This document shows positions 1 through 8,712 of a stretch of 51,311 bases of DNA, piece by piece; positions within the stretch are counted from its first letter, which is position 1; the number at the start of each line of letters is the position of its first letter. A program made the translations under genes and the position numbers. Location: NCBI GenBank assembly GCA_903845085.1, contig CAIMWD010000039.1, forward strand, positions 1-51,311. Direction: 5' to 3'. The notes under the pieces are model-generated. The model saw only the letters and a program-made list of their open reading frames with translations. It searched no databases and had not been told where the DNA came from. Source of the stretch: an uncultured Acidimicrobiaceae bacterium. Its GTDB lineage: Bacteria; Actinomycetota; Acidimicrobiia; Acidimicrobiales; Bog-793.

Positions 1-1
1 C

Positions 2-661
2 GTTGCCGGCGATTTTCTCCTCGCACGATCGGCAGAGATCGCCGCCTCGCTCGGCACCGAGGTCGCGGAGCTTCTCGCATCGACGCTCGCCCGCCTCTGT
101 CAGGGACAGATCACCGAGGTAAAGGATGCCTTCCGACTCGATCGTTCGGAGGAGGATTACCTCAACGCGATCTCTGACAAGACCGCTGCGCTCATGGCCA
201 CCGCCTGTCGGATCGGTGGCATCACCGCGGGGCTTGACCGCGCGCAGATCGAACTACTCACCATCTATGGCGAGTCACTCGGGATGGTCTTTCAGATCCG
301 CGACGATGTGTTCGACATCGTCGCCTCGGAGGAGGAGCTCGGCAAGCTGCCGGCGCAGGACCTCGCCGAGGGCGTCTACACGCTGCCGGTGCTTCGTGCG
401 CTCGGTGACAAGACCGTCGCCGCGGAGCTCACCGATCTCCTCGGAGGCCCGCTCAGCGCCGGACAGATCGCTGAGGCTCGCGCGTTGATCGGCCGCTCCT
501 CTGGCATCGCGCTCGCGACCGAAGTTGCGCGCAACTATGCAGAGAAGGCCTGCTCCGCCGCAGCGGAGCTCGGCCCACATCCCATGGCAGAGGCGCTCGC
601 AAACTACGCGCTCTCACTTCTCGAGGATCTGGAACAGTCGACCGGAGAGCTCGCCAGCTAA
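2..661 (+). CDS. polyprenyl diphosphate synthase (trans-prenyltransferase family), N-terminus outside window
   Basis: Frame is open from the window edge. Translation contains the second Asp-rich motif 'FQIRDDVFDI' and 'GKLPAQDLAEGVYTLPVL', typical of E-polyprenyl synthases. TAA stop at 659-661. Confidence 0.85.
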   Translation, partial: VAGDFLLARSAEIAASLGTEVAELLASTLARLCQGQITEVKDAFRLDRSEEDYLNAISDKTAALMATACRIGGITAGLDRAQIELLTIYGESLGMVFQIRDDVFDIVASEEELGKLPAQDLAEGVYTLPVLRALGDKTVAAELTDLLGGPLSAGQIAEARALIGRSSGIALATEVARNYAEKACSAAAELGPHPMAEALANYALSLLEDLEQSTGELAS

Positions 662-680
662 CTGGAGAGCTCGTCAGCTA
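641..680. repeat. 20-nt tandem direct duplication spanning the prenyl-synthase stop codon
   Basis: accggagagctcgccagcta (641-660) is followed directly by actggagagctcgtcagcta (661-680); 18/20 positions identical. Confidence 0.8.
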
Positions 681-724
681 ATTGGCCACGCACGACCGGC
701 GGGACGCCGGCCTAACTCACGAGA

Positions 725-2299
725 TCATGAGTGAGCAATATGGTCTCGTGAGTGCGGCTCGCTCGACGCGTCCATCACCTCCACTGCAGCTGTCGAAGCT
801 GCATCCCCTGCTCCCTCATCTGCATGCGTAGTGAGTGGGCGCAGCGCCGGAAAGAGCAACACCTCGCGGATATTCGCCTGGTCGGTGAGGATCATGGTGA
901 GTCGGTCGACACCAAGTCCGATGCCGCCGCTCGGCGGCATGCCATGTTCGAGCGCGCGGAGGAAGTCCTCGTCAACCGCCATCGCCTCCTCGTCGCCCTC
1001 CTCGCGTTGGCGCGCCTGCGCGAGAAATCGGCGGCGCTGCTCCTCTGGATCGACGAGTTCGCTGTAGGCCTCAGCGATCTCACGCCCGGTGATCACCGGC
1101 GTGATTCGTTCGACGAGTTCCGGGTTATCACGGTGCTCGCGGGTGAGCGGTGAGACCTCAATGGGATAGTCCATGACGTGGACTGGGCCCCAGATCTTTG
1201 GCTCCACGAGTCGCTCGTAGACCTCATAGACGCAGCGACCAACGCTCGATCCCTCGGGTACCTCGACGCCGAGTGCGGCCGCCTGAGTAGCTGCTGCATC
1301 AGCGCTCATCGCAAGATCAAAGGGGACGCCGGTGATCTCCGCGACGATCTCCACCATCGTTGCTCGGCGCCACGGCGGGGTGAGATCGAGCGCGCGACCC
1401 TCGTGAGTGATGACGGTAGAGCCGCAGATCGCCCGTGCGGCATCTGCGACGAGCTGCTCGATGAGCCCCGCCATCTCGGAGTAATCGGCGTAGGCCTGAT
1501 AGGCCTCGAGCATGGTGAACTCTGGATTATGACGGGGGGAGAGACCCTCGTTGCGAAAGTCCTTTCCGATCTCAAAGACACGCTCGAATCCACCGACGAC
1601 GAGACGTTTGAGGTAGAGCTCGGGCGCGATGCGCAGATAGAAATCCGCATGCAGCGCGTTGTAGTGCGTGATGAAGGGACGCGCGTTCGCACCGCCAGCG
1701 AGCGGCTGGAGTACCGGCGTCTCCACCTCAACAAAGCCGCGCTCATCAAGGGTGCGCCGAAGCGAGGCAACGATCCTCGAGCGCAGCAAAAAATTCTCCC
1801 GCACGCCCTCGTTCGCCCAGAGGTCGACCTCGCGCTGGCGAAAGCGCAGCTCGACATCGTTGACGCCGCGCCATTTGTCACCAAAGCCGCGATGTGCGCG
1901 AGCCAACATGCACCAATTCGCTACCTGAATGGAGAGCTCACCTCGCTTGGTGCGCACAATCTCGCCGGTGACACCGACCCAGTCGCCGAGCGAGAGCTTG
2001 GTGAGTTCGGCAAAATCCTCGGTGATCGTAGACATGGCAAAGAGCTGCACGCCACCGGTCCAATCCCGAAGCTCGGCGAAGGCGACTCGACCCTGTGGGC
2101 GTGAGCGCATGATTCGGCCAGCGACGCGAACCGTGACGCCAGATCCCTCACCGGGAGCGAGGTGCGCATACCCCTCGGCCACCCCGCCTGCCGGGACAGA
2201 ATCGGGAAACACATAGGGGATGACAAGGGCCGCAGAGGCCAGATCCTCTGGCGTTTCCATCAGCTCATCGGCCCCTGCGGCGCCGTTCTCCTCGCTCAT
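725..2299 (-). CDS. lysS: lysine--tRNA ligase, class II
   Basis: 'FITHYNALHADFYLRIAPELYLKRLVVGGFERVFEIGKDFRNEGLSPRHNPEFTMLEAYQAYADY' and 'GMPPSGGIGLGVDRLTMIL' class II motifs. Start set at ATG 2299 (MSEENG...), which forms an ATGA overlap with the coaX stop. The ORF is open to 2365. Confidence 0.93.
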   Translation of the reverse strand: MSEENGAAGADELMETPEDLASAALVIPYVFPDSVPAGGVAEGYAHLAPGEGSGVTVRVAGRIMRSRPQGRVAFAELRDWTGGVQLFAMSTITEDFAELTKLSLGDWVGVTGEIVRTKRGELSIQVANWCMLARAHRGFGDKWRGVNDVELRFRQREVDLWANEGVRENFLLRSRIVASLRRTLDERGFVEVETPVLQPLAGGANARPFITHYNALHADFYLRIAPELYLKRLVVGGFERVFEIGKDFRNEGLSPRHNPEFTMLEAYQAYADYSEMAGLIEQLVADAARAICGSTVITHEGRALDLTPPWRRATMVEIVAEITGVPFDLAMSADAAATQAAALGVEVPEGSSVGRCVYEVYERLVEPKIWGPVHVMDYPIEVSPLTREHRDNPELVERITPVITGREIAEAYSELVDPEEQRRRFLAQARQREEGDEEAMAVDEDFLRALEHGMPPSGGIGLGVDRLTMILTDQANIREVLLFPALRPLTTHADEGAGDAASTAAVEVMDASSEPHSRDHIAHS

Positions 2300-3195
2300 C
2301 CCTGCACTCCACTCTCGTCGCAATTGCGCCAAAAGAGTAGACGCAGACCATGCAGCGTAAGCCACGGCTCGTAGTGATGGACGCTTCGCGCATGGGGTGC
2401 GATCAGCCCACCGAGGCCGCCGGTGACGACCACCGTTGCCGCACCGAGCTCCTCGACAAAGCGCGCGACAAGGCCATCGACGAGGCCGGCGTAACCGAAG
2501 ATCGCGCCCGAGCGCATCGCATCGACGGTGGTGCGCCCGATCGCCGTGCGTGGCGCGAGAAGTTCTACGCGACGGAGCGCAGCCGCTCGGAGAAAGAGCG
2601 CATCCATCGAGATCTCGATCCCCGGCACGATCGCTCCACCGAGGTACTCGCCACCACCCGAGATCGCATCAAAGGTCGTCGCCGTTCCCAGGTCCACCAC
2701 AATGATCGGTGCGGCATAGAGGTCGAGTGCGCCCACAGCGTTCACGATGCGATCAGCGCCGACCTCGCGTGGGTTCTCATAGAGGATCGGCATCCCCGTC
2801 TTGATCCCAGGCTCAACGATGACGACCGGCACACGGAGTCGCTCGGTGAAGATCACTCGCAACGCCGCGGTCACCGATGGTACGGAGGAGGAGAGGGCAA
2901 CGCCGGTTATCGCAGCGCCCTCGGGTGTTGCCTCAAGTCCCCAAAGGTGCAGACCACGGGCACGAAGGAGCGAGGAGATGAGCAACGCCCACTCGTCACC
3001 GGTGCGCTCGCGTGCCGTCGCTACGCGCCAATGGTGCAACAGTCCTGGCATCTCTCCCGGCTCTCGTAGCGCGAGAACACCTCCCTCGCCACCACCCTCA
3101 CCCGCCGCGTGATCACGGACGAAGCCATCGCGCGGTTCGGGCGCAAAGACACCGAGCACCGTCTGTGTGTTGCCGACATCTATGGTCAACAGCAC
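2296..3195 (-). CDS. coaX: type III pantothenate kinase
   Basis: N-terminal 'MLLTIDVGNTQTVLGVF' and 'IIVVDLGTATTFD' ASKHA-type motifs. Sits directly upstream of lysS, as in other actinobacteria. Confidence 0.9.
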   Translation of the reverse strand: MLLTIDVGNTQTVLGVFAPEPRDGFVRDHAAGEGGGEGGVLALREPGEMPGLLHHWRVATARERTGDEWALLISSLLRARGLHLWGLEATPEGAAITGVALSSSVPSVTAALRVIFTERLRVPVVIVEPGIKTGMPILYENPREVGADRIVNAVGALDLYAAPIIVVDLGTATTFDAISGGGEYLGGAIVPGIEISMDALFLRAAALRRVELLAPRTAIGRTTVDAMRSGAIFGYAGLVDGLVARFVEELGAATVVVTGGLGGLIAPHARSVHHYEPWLTLHGLRLLFWRNCDESGVQG

Positions 3196-3231
3196 GCGAC
3201 CCCATCCCTTCGCCTCGATGACACCATCGTG

Positions 3232-4110
3232 CTATTCCGCAAGATCAAGGCCGATGTCGAGTATCGGCGCGGAGTGCGTGAGTGCGCCGGAGCTGATGAG
3301 GTCCACACCGGCGCGGGCGTAGTCCGCGATGTTGTCGATGGTCACCCCTCCAGAGGCCTCGATGAGACAGGAGCCGTGCACACCCCGGGGATGACGTCGC
3401 ACGATTGCGACCGCCTCCGCGACCTCCTCTGGCGACATGTTGTCGCAGAGGATCAGCGTTGCTCCCGCATTCACTGCCTCACCAACCTGTGTGAGACGGT
3501 CGCACTCCACCTCCACCATCCGACCCGGCCAACGCGCGAGCGCGCGCGCGACGCCCTCCGCGATCGAGAGTGCACCGAGGTGATTGTCTTTGATGAGGAT
3601 CCCCTCGGAGAGGTTGCCGCGGTGGTTCACCGCCCCACCGGCGCGCACCGCCGCCTTCTCCAACGAGCGCAGTCCCGGCGTGGTCTTGCGTGTGTCCCAG
3701 ACACGGGCCGCTGGGTTTGCCGCCGCGACGATATCCACGTAGCGGCGCGTTATCGTGGCGACGCCCGAGAGATGCGAGAGGAAATTGATCGCCGTGCGCT
3801 CTGCGGTCAACAACGAGGGGAAGGGGCCCTCGATGGTGGCGATCACGCCACCAGCCTCAACCGACTCTCCATCGTCGAGTACCACTGTCAGAATCAGCTC
3901 CGTGTCAACCTGGGCGAGTACCTCGCGCACGGTGGCGAGACCGGCGACCACACCGGGACGGCGAGCGACAAAACGCGCGAAACCCTGGTCGTCCGCGTCG
4001 AGTAATGATGCGGTGAGATCACCAAGGGGCAGGATATCCTCGGCCAGCGCAAGGGTCACGATGGGCCGGATCGCCGCGAGCGGCGGGTGTAGGTCGCTAC
4101 GTCTGGTCAT
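3232..4110 (-). CDS. nadC: nicotinate-nucleotide pyrophosphorylase (quinolinate phosphoribosyltransferase)
   Basis: 'DTRKTTPGLRSLEKAAVRAGGAVNHRGNLSEGILIKDNH' QPRTase signature. Shine-Dalgarno AGGAGAGGTG lies just upstream of ATG 4110. Confidence 0.88.
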   Translation of the reverse strand: MTRRSDLHPPLAAIRPIVTLALAEDILPLGDLTASLLDADDQGFARFVARRPGVVAGLATVREVLAQVDTELILTVVLDDGESVEAGGVIATIEGPFPSLLTAERTAINFLSHLSGVATITRRYVDIVAAANPAARVWDTRKTTPGLRSLEKAAVRAGGAVNHRGNLSEGILIKDNHLGALSIAEGVARALARWPGRMVEVECDRLTQVGEAVNAGATLILCDNMSPEEVAEAVAIVRRHPRGVHGSCLIEASGGVTIDNIADYARAGVDLISSGALTHSAPILDIGLDLAE

Positions 4111-4292
4111 CGTTTCACCTCTCCTGAATAGATCTCCACCGCACCCGATCCACCGCGTAGCGACGTCACTGTTGCGAGCTGCCCAAGACCGGTCGACCTT
4201 GGCGCTCCATCATCGCAGACCACATCGCGACCGGAGGCCAACACCGTCCTTGCGCCACGATGGTGGCGATCACCGTGGCGGTGGTCGTCGCT

Positions 4293-5135
4293 CTACCGAT
4301 GCACCGCAACGTTGTCGATGAGACGCACGGGACCCACCGTCGCGGCGATGAGCAGTCGAAGTGGCGCTTCGAATGAGCTCGGGAGCGCGAAGGTCGACTC
4401 CTCGCGTGCGGTTGCATAATCGAGCGCAACTCCAGACTCTCCAGCCACCACGCCAGCCATGACCGCCTCGAGTTCGGCGAGTGAGTTACACCCCTGTGCC
4501 ACTGCGGCCGCGCCCACACGGAGTGCGCGCGACAGAACCGTTGCCTGAGACCGTTCGATGGCATCGAGACGGAGGTTGCGGCTCGACAGTGCGAGTCCAT
4601 CGGCCTCGCGCACGATCGGCATTCCCACGATCTCAATACCGAGTCCAAGATCGACCACAAGGCGACGGATCAGCGTCAGCTGCTCAAAATCCTTCTCGCC
4701 AAAATAGGCAACCTGGGGCTGCACGAGTCCAAAGAGGCGGGTGACAATCGTGGCGACGCCCGCCATATGCCCCGGACGCGAGCTGCCCTCAAGGAGCGCA
4801 CCGAGTGGACCAGGGTCGACCGTAACCATCGGAGGACCTGAGGGAAACATCGCCTCCTCGCTCGGTGCAAAGAGATAGGTCGCACCCGCCTCCTCGGCGA
4901 GACGTGCGTCGGCCTCGAGACGGCGGGGATAGTGAAGGAGATCTGTCGCGGAGCCAAACTGCAGCGGATTTACAAAGACGGAGAGGATGACCTCGCGGTG
5001 ATCGGTCGCTGCCTGCTCGATGAGCGAACTGTGTCCACGGTGGAGCGCCCCCATCGTTGGCACAAAGGCAACGTCGACAAGGTCGCGACGGCGCGCACGC
5101 AGCTCCTCGATCGTGCGCAGCACCGGAAGGGTCAT
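4293..5135 (-). CDS. panC: pantoate--beta-alanine ligase
   Basis: 'FVPTMGALHRGHSSLI' HIGH-type motif and 'FGEKDFEQL'. 4-nt overlap with the folK stop. Confidence 0.93.
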   Translation of the reverse strand: MTLPVLRTIEELRARRRDLVDVAFVPTMGALHRGHSSLIEQAATDHREVILSVFVNPLQFGSATDLLHYPRRLEADARLAEEAGATYLFAPSEEAMFPSGPPMVTVDPGPLGALLEGSSRPGHMAGVATIVTRLFGLVQPQVAYFGEKDFEQLTLIRRLVVDLGLGIEIVGMPIVREADGLALSSRNLRLDAIERSQATVLSRALRVGAAAVAQGCNSLAELEAVMAGVVAGESGVALDYATAREESTFALPSSFEAPLRLLIAATVGPVRLIDNVAVHR

Positions 5136-5662
5136 GCAGCGCTCCCTAGCAACACACCGGCGCGGCGCACCCCGTCGATATCGTCGCGCAGACGATCACG
5201 CCACTTGGCACCGGCGAGCTCCACGAGAAGATCCGCATCGATCGGTGGAACCGGCGGCGTACGACCGGTGAGTTCGGCGAGAGGCACAAGGACGAAGGCG
5301 CGCATGCCACACCGCGGATGGGGCAGGGTGAGCTCAGGGCGTTTGCTCACTACGCCCTCGAACCAGAGCAGGTCCACATCGAGTGTGCGTGCGCCCCAGC
5401 GCTCTTGACGCACGCGACCAGCCGTCGCCTCCAGCTCGTGTGCGAGGTCGAGGAGTCCGTCGGGTGTCCGGTCGGTAGTGAGCGAAACGACGACGTTGAG
5501 ATAGCGACCCTGCGCCGCGGGTCCGCCGATCGGCGCCGTCTCGTAGACCGAGGAGCACGCAAGTGCGGGGTCCTCCCTCGCGAGCGCGCTCACGGCGGCG
5601 CTGAGATGGTGCCACCTCGAGCCAAGGTTCGAACCGAGACTCAAAAGTGCACACGCAGGCAT
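5132..5662 (-). CDS. folK: 2-amino-4-hydroxy-6-hydroxymethyldihydropteridine diphosphokinase
   Basis: 'LSLGSNLG', 'VYETAPIGG', 'RWGARTLDVDLL' HPPK motifs. ATG shares 1 nt with the folB stop (5660-5664). Confidence 0.9.
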   Translation of the reverse strand: MPACALLSLGSNLGSRWHHLSAAVSALAREDPALACSSVYETAPIGGPAAQGRYLNVVVSLTTDRTPDGLLDLAHELEATAGRVRQERWGARTLDVDLLWFEGVVSKRPELTLPHPRCGMRAFVLVPLAELTGRTPPVPPIDADLLVELAGAKWRDRLRDDIDGVRRAGVLLGSAA

Positions 5663-6030
5663 CAGGTGCGGCCCCGGGTGATCGTGACCCCGGTGCTCCC
5701 CATGGTGAGAGGGATCGGCGGGCGCATCTTGCGCAACGACACCCTCACCCGAGAGAGACGTTCATCGCACAACAATTCAGTCGCAATCGCACCCGCGAGC
5801 GCCTCGAGCAGCGAAAAGCGCTCCTCACGCACGATCCGAGCGGCAGTGAGCGCAACGGCGCCGTAATCGATGGTGTCCGCCAATTCGTCGGAGTGCGCCG
5901 CAGGTGCAAGGTCCATGAAGAGGTCGAGATCGATCTCAAAGGGCTGCGGATCTCTCTGCTCACCGGGGAGTGCACCATGGTGTCCCTCGACCCTGATCGA
6001 TCTGATCTCGATCCGGTCATCGTCGCTCAT
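5662..6030 (-). CDS. folB: dihydroneopterin aldolase
   Basis: 'IRVEGHHGALPGEQRDPQPFEIDLDL ... DTIDYGAV', 122 aa, FolB layout. Confidence 0.9.
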   Translation of the reverse strand: MSDDDRIEIRSIRVEGHHGALPGEQRDPQPFEIDLDLFMDLAPAAHSDELADTIDYGAVALTAARIVREERFSLLEALAGAIATELLCDERLSRVRVSLRKMRPPIPLTMGSTGVTITRGRT

Positions 6031-6614
6031 CGGGAGAGAGTGCCCGGTTCCGTCGGTTCACTCGTCGCCTGTGGACGAGAGGTTGGGCTGGAAAATGGTG
6101 CCATCGGTTCAGGTGGTGGCGGGAGCTTTGCCGAGAGCGCCACGATGGTCCGTCCAGCGGCACCGAGCTGTCGGCCGAGCAGCTGTTCGACCGCAGAAAT
6201 TGCGCGTGGCGGCTCCGGGAGTACGCCACCCCAGCAGAGGAACCCCGCAATGACGCCGGCCACGGTCTCGCCCAGCTCCTCCTGATGGATGAGGAGCCGC
6301 TCGCCGGCGCGCAACCAGTGGAGCAGCGCAGGATAGAGCTCAGCGAGCACCTCGCTCGCATCACCGACCGCCCCGATCGGAAAGTGCGCGCAGGGAAGGT
6401 TGCGCTCCTCGTAGGCGTGGAGGTTGTGAGAAGAGGGAAGCAGCGAGATGATCCGGCTAAATCGCTGCGCGTTGATCCAGAGGATCTCCTCTTGGCGACG
6501 CACCTTACGATGGTTCGGCGAGTAGCCACCGGGCCGCTCACAGACTGCAAGCCGGTCCTCGATAACCCAGGTGAAGTGGCGCGGCATGATGCCTGCAGCC
6601 CAGCGTCCCTTCAT
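6027..6614 (-). CDS. PTP/DSP-fold-like protein with degenerate (Cys-less, Arg-less) P-loop and Pro-rich tail; function unknown
   Basis: Overlaps the folP stop (1 nt) and the folB start (4 nt). 'HFPIGAVGD' is followed about 26 aa later by 'LLIHQEELGETVAGVIAGFL', in register with the 'VHCxxGxGR(S/T)G....YL' P-loop of small Cys phosphatases. Fold assignment is by eye only. Confidence 0.55.
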   Translation of the reverse strand: MKGRWAAGIMPRHFTWVIEDRLAVCERPGGYSPNHRKVRRQEEILWINAQRFSRIISLLPSSHNLHAYEERNLPCAHFPIGAVGDASEVLAELYPALLHWLRAGERLLIHQEELGETVAGVIAGFLCWGGVLPEPPRAISAVEQLLGRQLGAAGRTIVALSAKLPPPPEPMAPFSSPTSRPQATSEPTEPGTLSR

Positions 6615-7414
6615 CAGCGAAGACCTCCACTGACACCAGCAAGTGCATCCATAAGGAGTGCCGCCTGCATCGTGGCGCGTACATCATGGACCCGAACGAT
6701 CGACACGCCACAGGACATGGCAAAGGTGGCGGTCGCGAGCGAGCCCTCCAGTCGCTCCTCGGGGGGAAGGATCTGGCCGGGCACAAAGGAGGAGATCTCA
6801 CCGAGAAAACGCTTCCGACTGGTACCCACGAGAACTGGAGTGCCCTGCGCAACGAGTTCGGGAAGCGCGCGCAACAGTGCGATGTTGTGCTCCGTCGTCT
6901 TTCCAAAGCCGATGCCCGGATCGACATAGAGCTCGGTGACACCAAGTGCGCGCGCCGCACCGGCGCGCTCGTTAAGAAAGTCGATTACCTCGCTCACCAC
7001 ATCGACGTACTGGGGCTGCTCCTGCATCGTCTGAGGAGTGCCGCACATATGCATGAGCACAATTCCAACGCCCGTCTCCGCAGCGACCGGTGCGAGCGAG
7101 GCGGTGACGTCATTGATGAGCGATGCGCCAGCAGCAACTGCGGCGCGAGCAACCTCTGGCTTCATCGTGTCGATCGAGATCCGGACCCGCCCGGCCAACG
7201 CCTCGACGACCGGAATCACGCGACGGAGCTCCTCATCAAGCGCAACGGGAAGTGCGCCCGGGCGTGTGGACTCGCCGCCGATATCGAGGATGTCTGCTCC
7301 CTCTGCAAGGAGCTGCTCCGCGTGAGCGACCGCGTCGGCGGTCGAAAAATGGCGGTTTCCATCGAAAAAGGAGTCCGGAGTGACGTTCACGACGCCCATG
7401 ACGAGGGTTTGCAC
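6614..7414 (-). CDS. folP: dihydropteroate synthase
   Basis: 'VMGVVNVTPDSFFDG', 'ILDIGGESTRPG', 'LINDV', 'DPGIGFGK' motifs. GTG start at 7414, with an alternative ATG at 7399. Confidence 0.93.
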   Translation of the reverse strand: MQTLVMGVVNVTPDSFFDGNRHFSTADAVAHAEQLLAEGADILDIGGESTRPGALPVALDEELRRVIPVVEALAGRVRISIDTMKPEVARAAVAAGASLINDVTASLAPVAAETGVGIVLMHMCGTPQTMQEQPQYVDVVSEVIDFLNERAGAARALGVTELYVDPGIGFGKTTEHNIALLRALPELVAQGTPVLVGTSRKRFLGEISSFVPGQILPPEERLEGSLATATFAMSCGVSIVRVHDVRATMQAALLMDALAGVSGGLR

Positions 7415-7437
7415 GATCTTTAGATTAGGACCCTTTC

Positions 7438-7473
7438 CTCGTGATTCGAGGGGTGTTTCTTTAGAATCACGAG
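7438..7473. other. perfect 10-bp inverted repeat (hairpin) in the AT-rich folE-folP spacer
   Basis: ctcgtgattc (7438-7447) / gaatcacgag (7464-7473) with a 16-nt loop. Followed on the + strand by ttttctcc. On the gene (minus) strand the 3' arm abuts GAGGAAAGGG upstream of the folP start. Confidence 0.4.
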
Positions 7474-7533
7474 TTTTCTCCGCAGCGGCCCGCTGTGGTG
7501 CCCCGCCGTGACAGAGGACCGATGCCTCTCCCG

Positions 7534-8118
7534 TTATTTACTGGGATGCAGGAACGAGAGGGCCTCGGCCCGCGCGGCGCGGTCGGTACGGAAGACCCCC
7601 CGCACCGCCGAGGTAACGGTCGTCGCACCGGGCTTTCGCACTCCTCGCATCGTCATGCAGAGGTGCTCGGCCTCAATTACCACCATGACGCCCTGGGGCT
7701 CAAGTGCTGCCTCGAGCGCATCGGCGACCTCCATCGTCAGCTGCTCCTGCACCTGCAGGCGTCGGGCGAAGCCATCGACGAGCCGGGCGAGCTTGGAGAG
7801 ACCGGTAATGATTCCCGAAGCATTTGGAATGTAGGCCACGTGTGCCACACCGATAAAGGGAAGAAGGTGGTGCTCACAGAGCGAGCTGAAGGGGATCTCA
7901 CGGACCATCACCATCTCGTCGTGATCGAGGGGGAACATACGCTCCAGGTGAGTGGCGGGATCACCTGCCATCCCCTCCAAGAGCTCGCCGTACATCTTTG
8001 CTACCCGTGATGGCGTCGCGCGCAGACCCTCTCTTGTCGGGTCCTCGCCGACGGCCAGCAACAGCTCCGTGATCGCTCGCTCCGCTCGAGCAAGATCGAT
8101 CCCGTGCGGCTCGGTCAC
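7534..8118 (-). CDS. folE: GTP cyclohydrolase I
   Basis: '[22 protein letters not shown]', '[15 protein letters not shown]' FolE motifs. 4-nt overlap with the hpt stop. Confidence 0.93.
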   Translation of the reverse strand: MTEPHGIDLARAERAITELLLAVGEDPTREGLRATPSRVAKMYGELLEGMAGDPATHLERMFPLDHDEMVMVREIPFSSLCEHHLLPFIGVAHVAYIPNASGIITGLSKLARLVDGFARRLQVQEQLTMEVADALEAALEPQGVMVVIEAEHLCMTMRGVRKPGATTVTSAVRGVFRTDRAARAEALSFLHPSK

Positions 8119-8702
8119 CTCGGGTTCGCCTCGTCGACTACCCAGATGTCGCTGAGGTTGCGGAAGCGTTCAGCGACATCGAGGCCATATCCCACCACGA
8201 ACTCGTTCGGAATCTCAAAGCCGGTGTAGGCCACATCGATCGGTGTCCGCTGAGCATCGGTCTTGACTAAAAGTGCGCAGATCTCGAGGCTTGCCGGTTT
8301 GCGCGCGAGCAGACCCTTACGCAGATAGGAGAGGGTCAATCCCGAATCGACGATGTCCTCGACGATGATCACCTCTCGCCCGCCCAGATCGATATCGAGA
8401 TCTTTGACGATGCGCACAATGCCGCTGGTCTTGGTCGCCGCTCCATAGGAGGAGACGGCCATGAAATCGATCTCCAACGGGAGCGCAACCGCTCGGGAGA
8501 GGTCGGACATGAACATGAAGGCGCCCTTGAGCACTCCGATCAAAAGTGGAGCCTTGCCCGCGTAGTCCGTCGTGATCTGCGCGCCGAGCTCTGCGATGCG
8601 CGCGGCGATCGTCTCCTTGGAGATCAAGATATGGCCGAGGACGAGTCCGTCAAACTCCTCGCGGTCGCTCGGTGCGAGTCGATCGTGCTCTGTGCTGGTC
8701 AC
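8115..8702 (-). CDS. hpt: hypoxanthine phosphoribosyltransferase
   Basis: '[16 protein letters not shown]', '[17 protein letters not shown]' PRPP-binding motif. Confidence 0.93.
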   Translation of the reverse strand: MTSTEHDRLAPSDREEFDGLVLGHILISKETIAARIAELGAQITTDYAGKAPLLIGVLKGAFMFMSDLSRAVALPLEIDFMAVSSYGAATKTSGIVRIVKDLDIDLGGREVIIVEDIVDSGLTLSYLRKGLLARKPASLEICALLVKTDAQRTPIDVAYTGFEIPNEFVVGYGLDVAERFRNLSDIWVVDEANPR

Positions 8703-8712
8703 TCGACTGACC

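Noticed and set aside
4166-4660. 164-aa minus-strand ORF reaching into the panC-nadC gap; considered as a panD remnant or novel gene.
   Set aside because: Most of it overlaps panC in another frame. The sequence (Cys/Arg/Trp/Ser-rich) has no PanD features such as the Gly-Ser pyruvoyl site, and there is no Shine-Dalgarno sequence.
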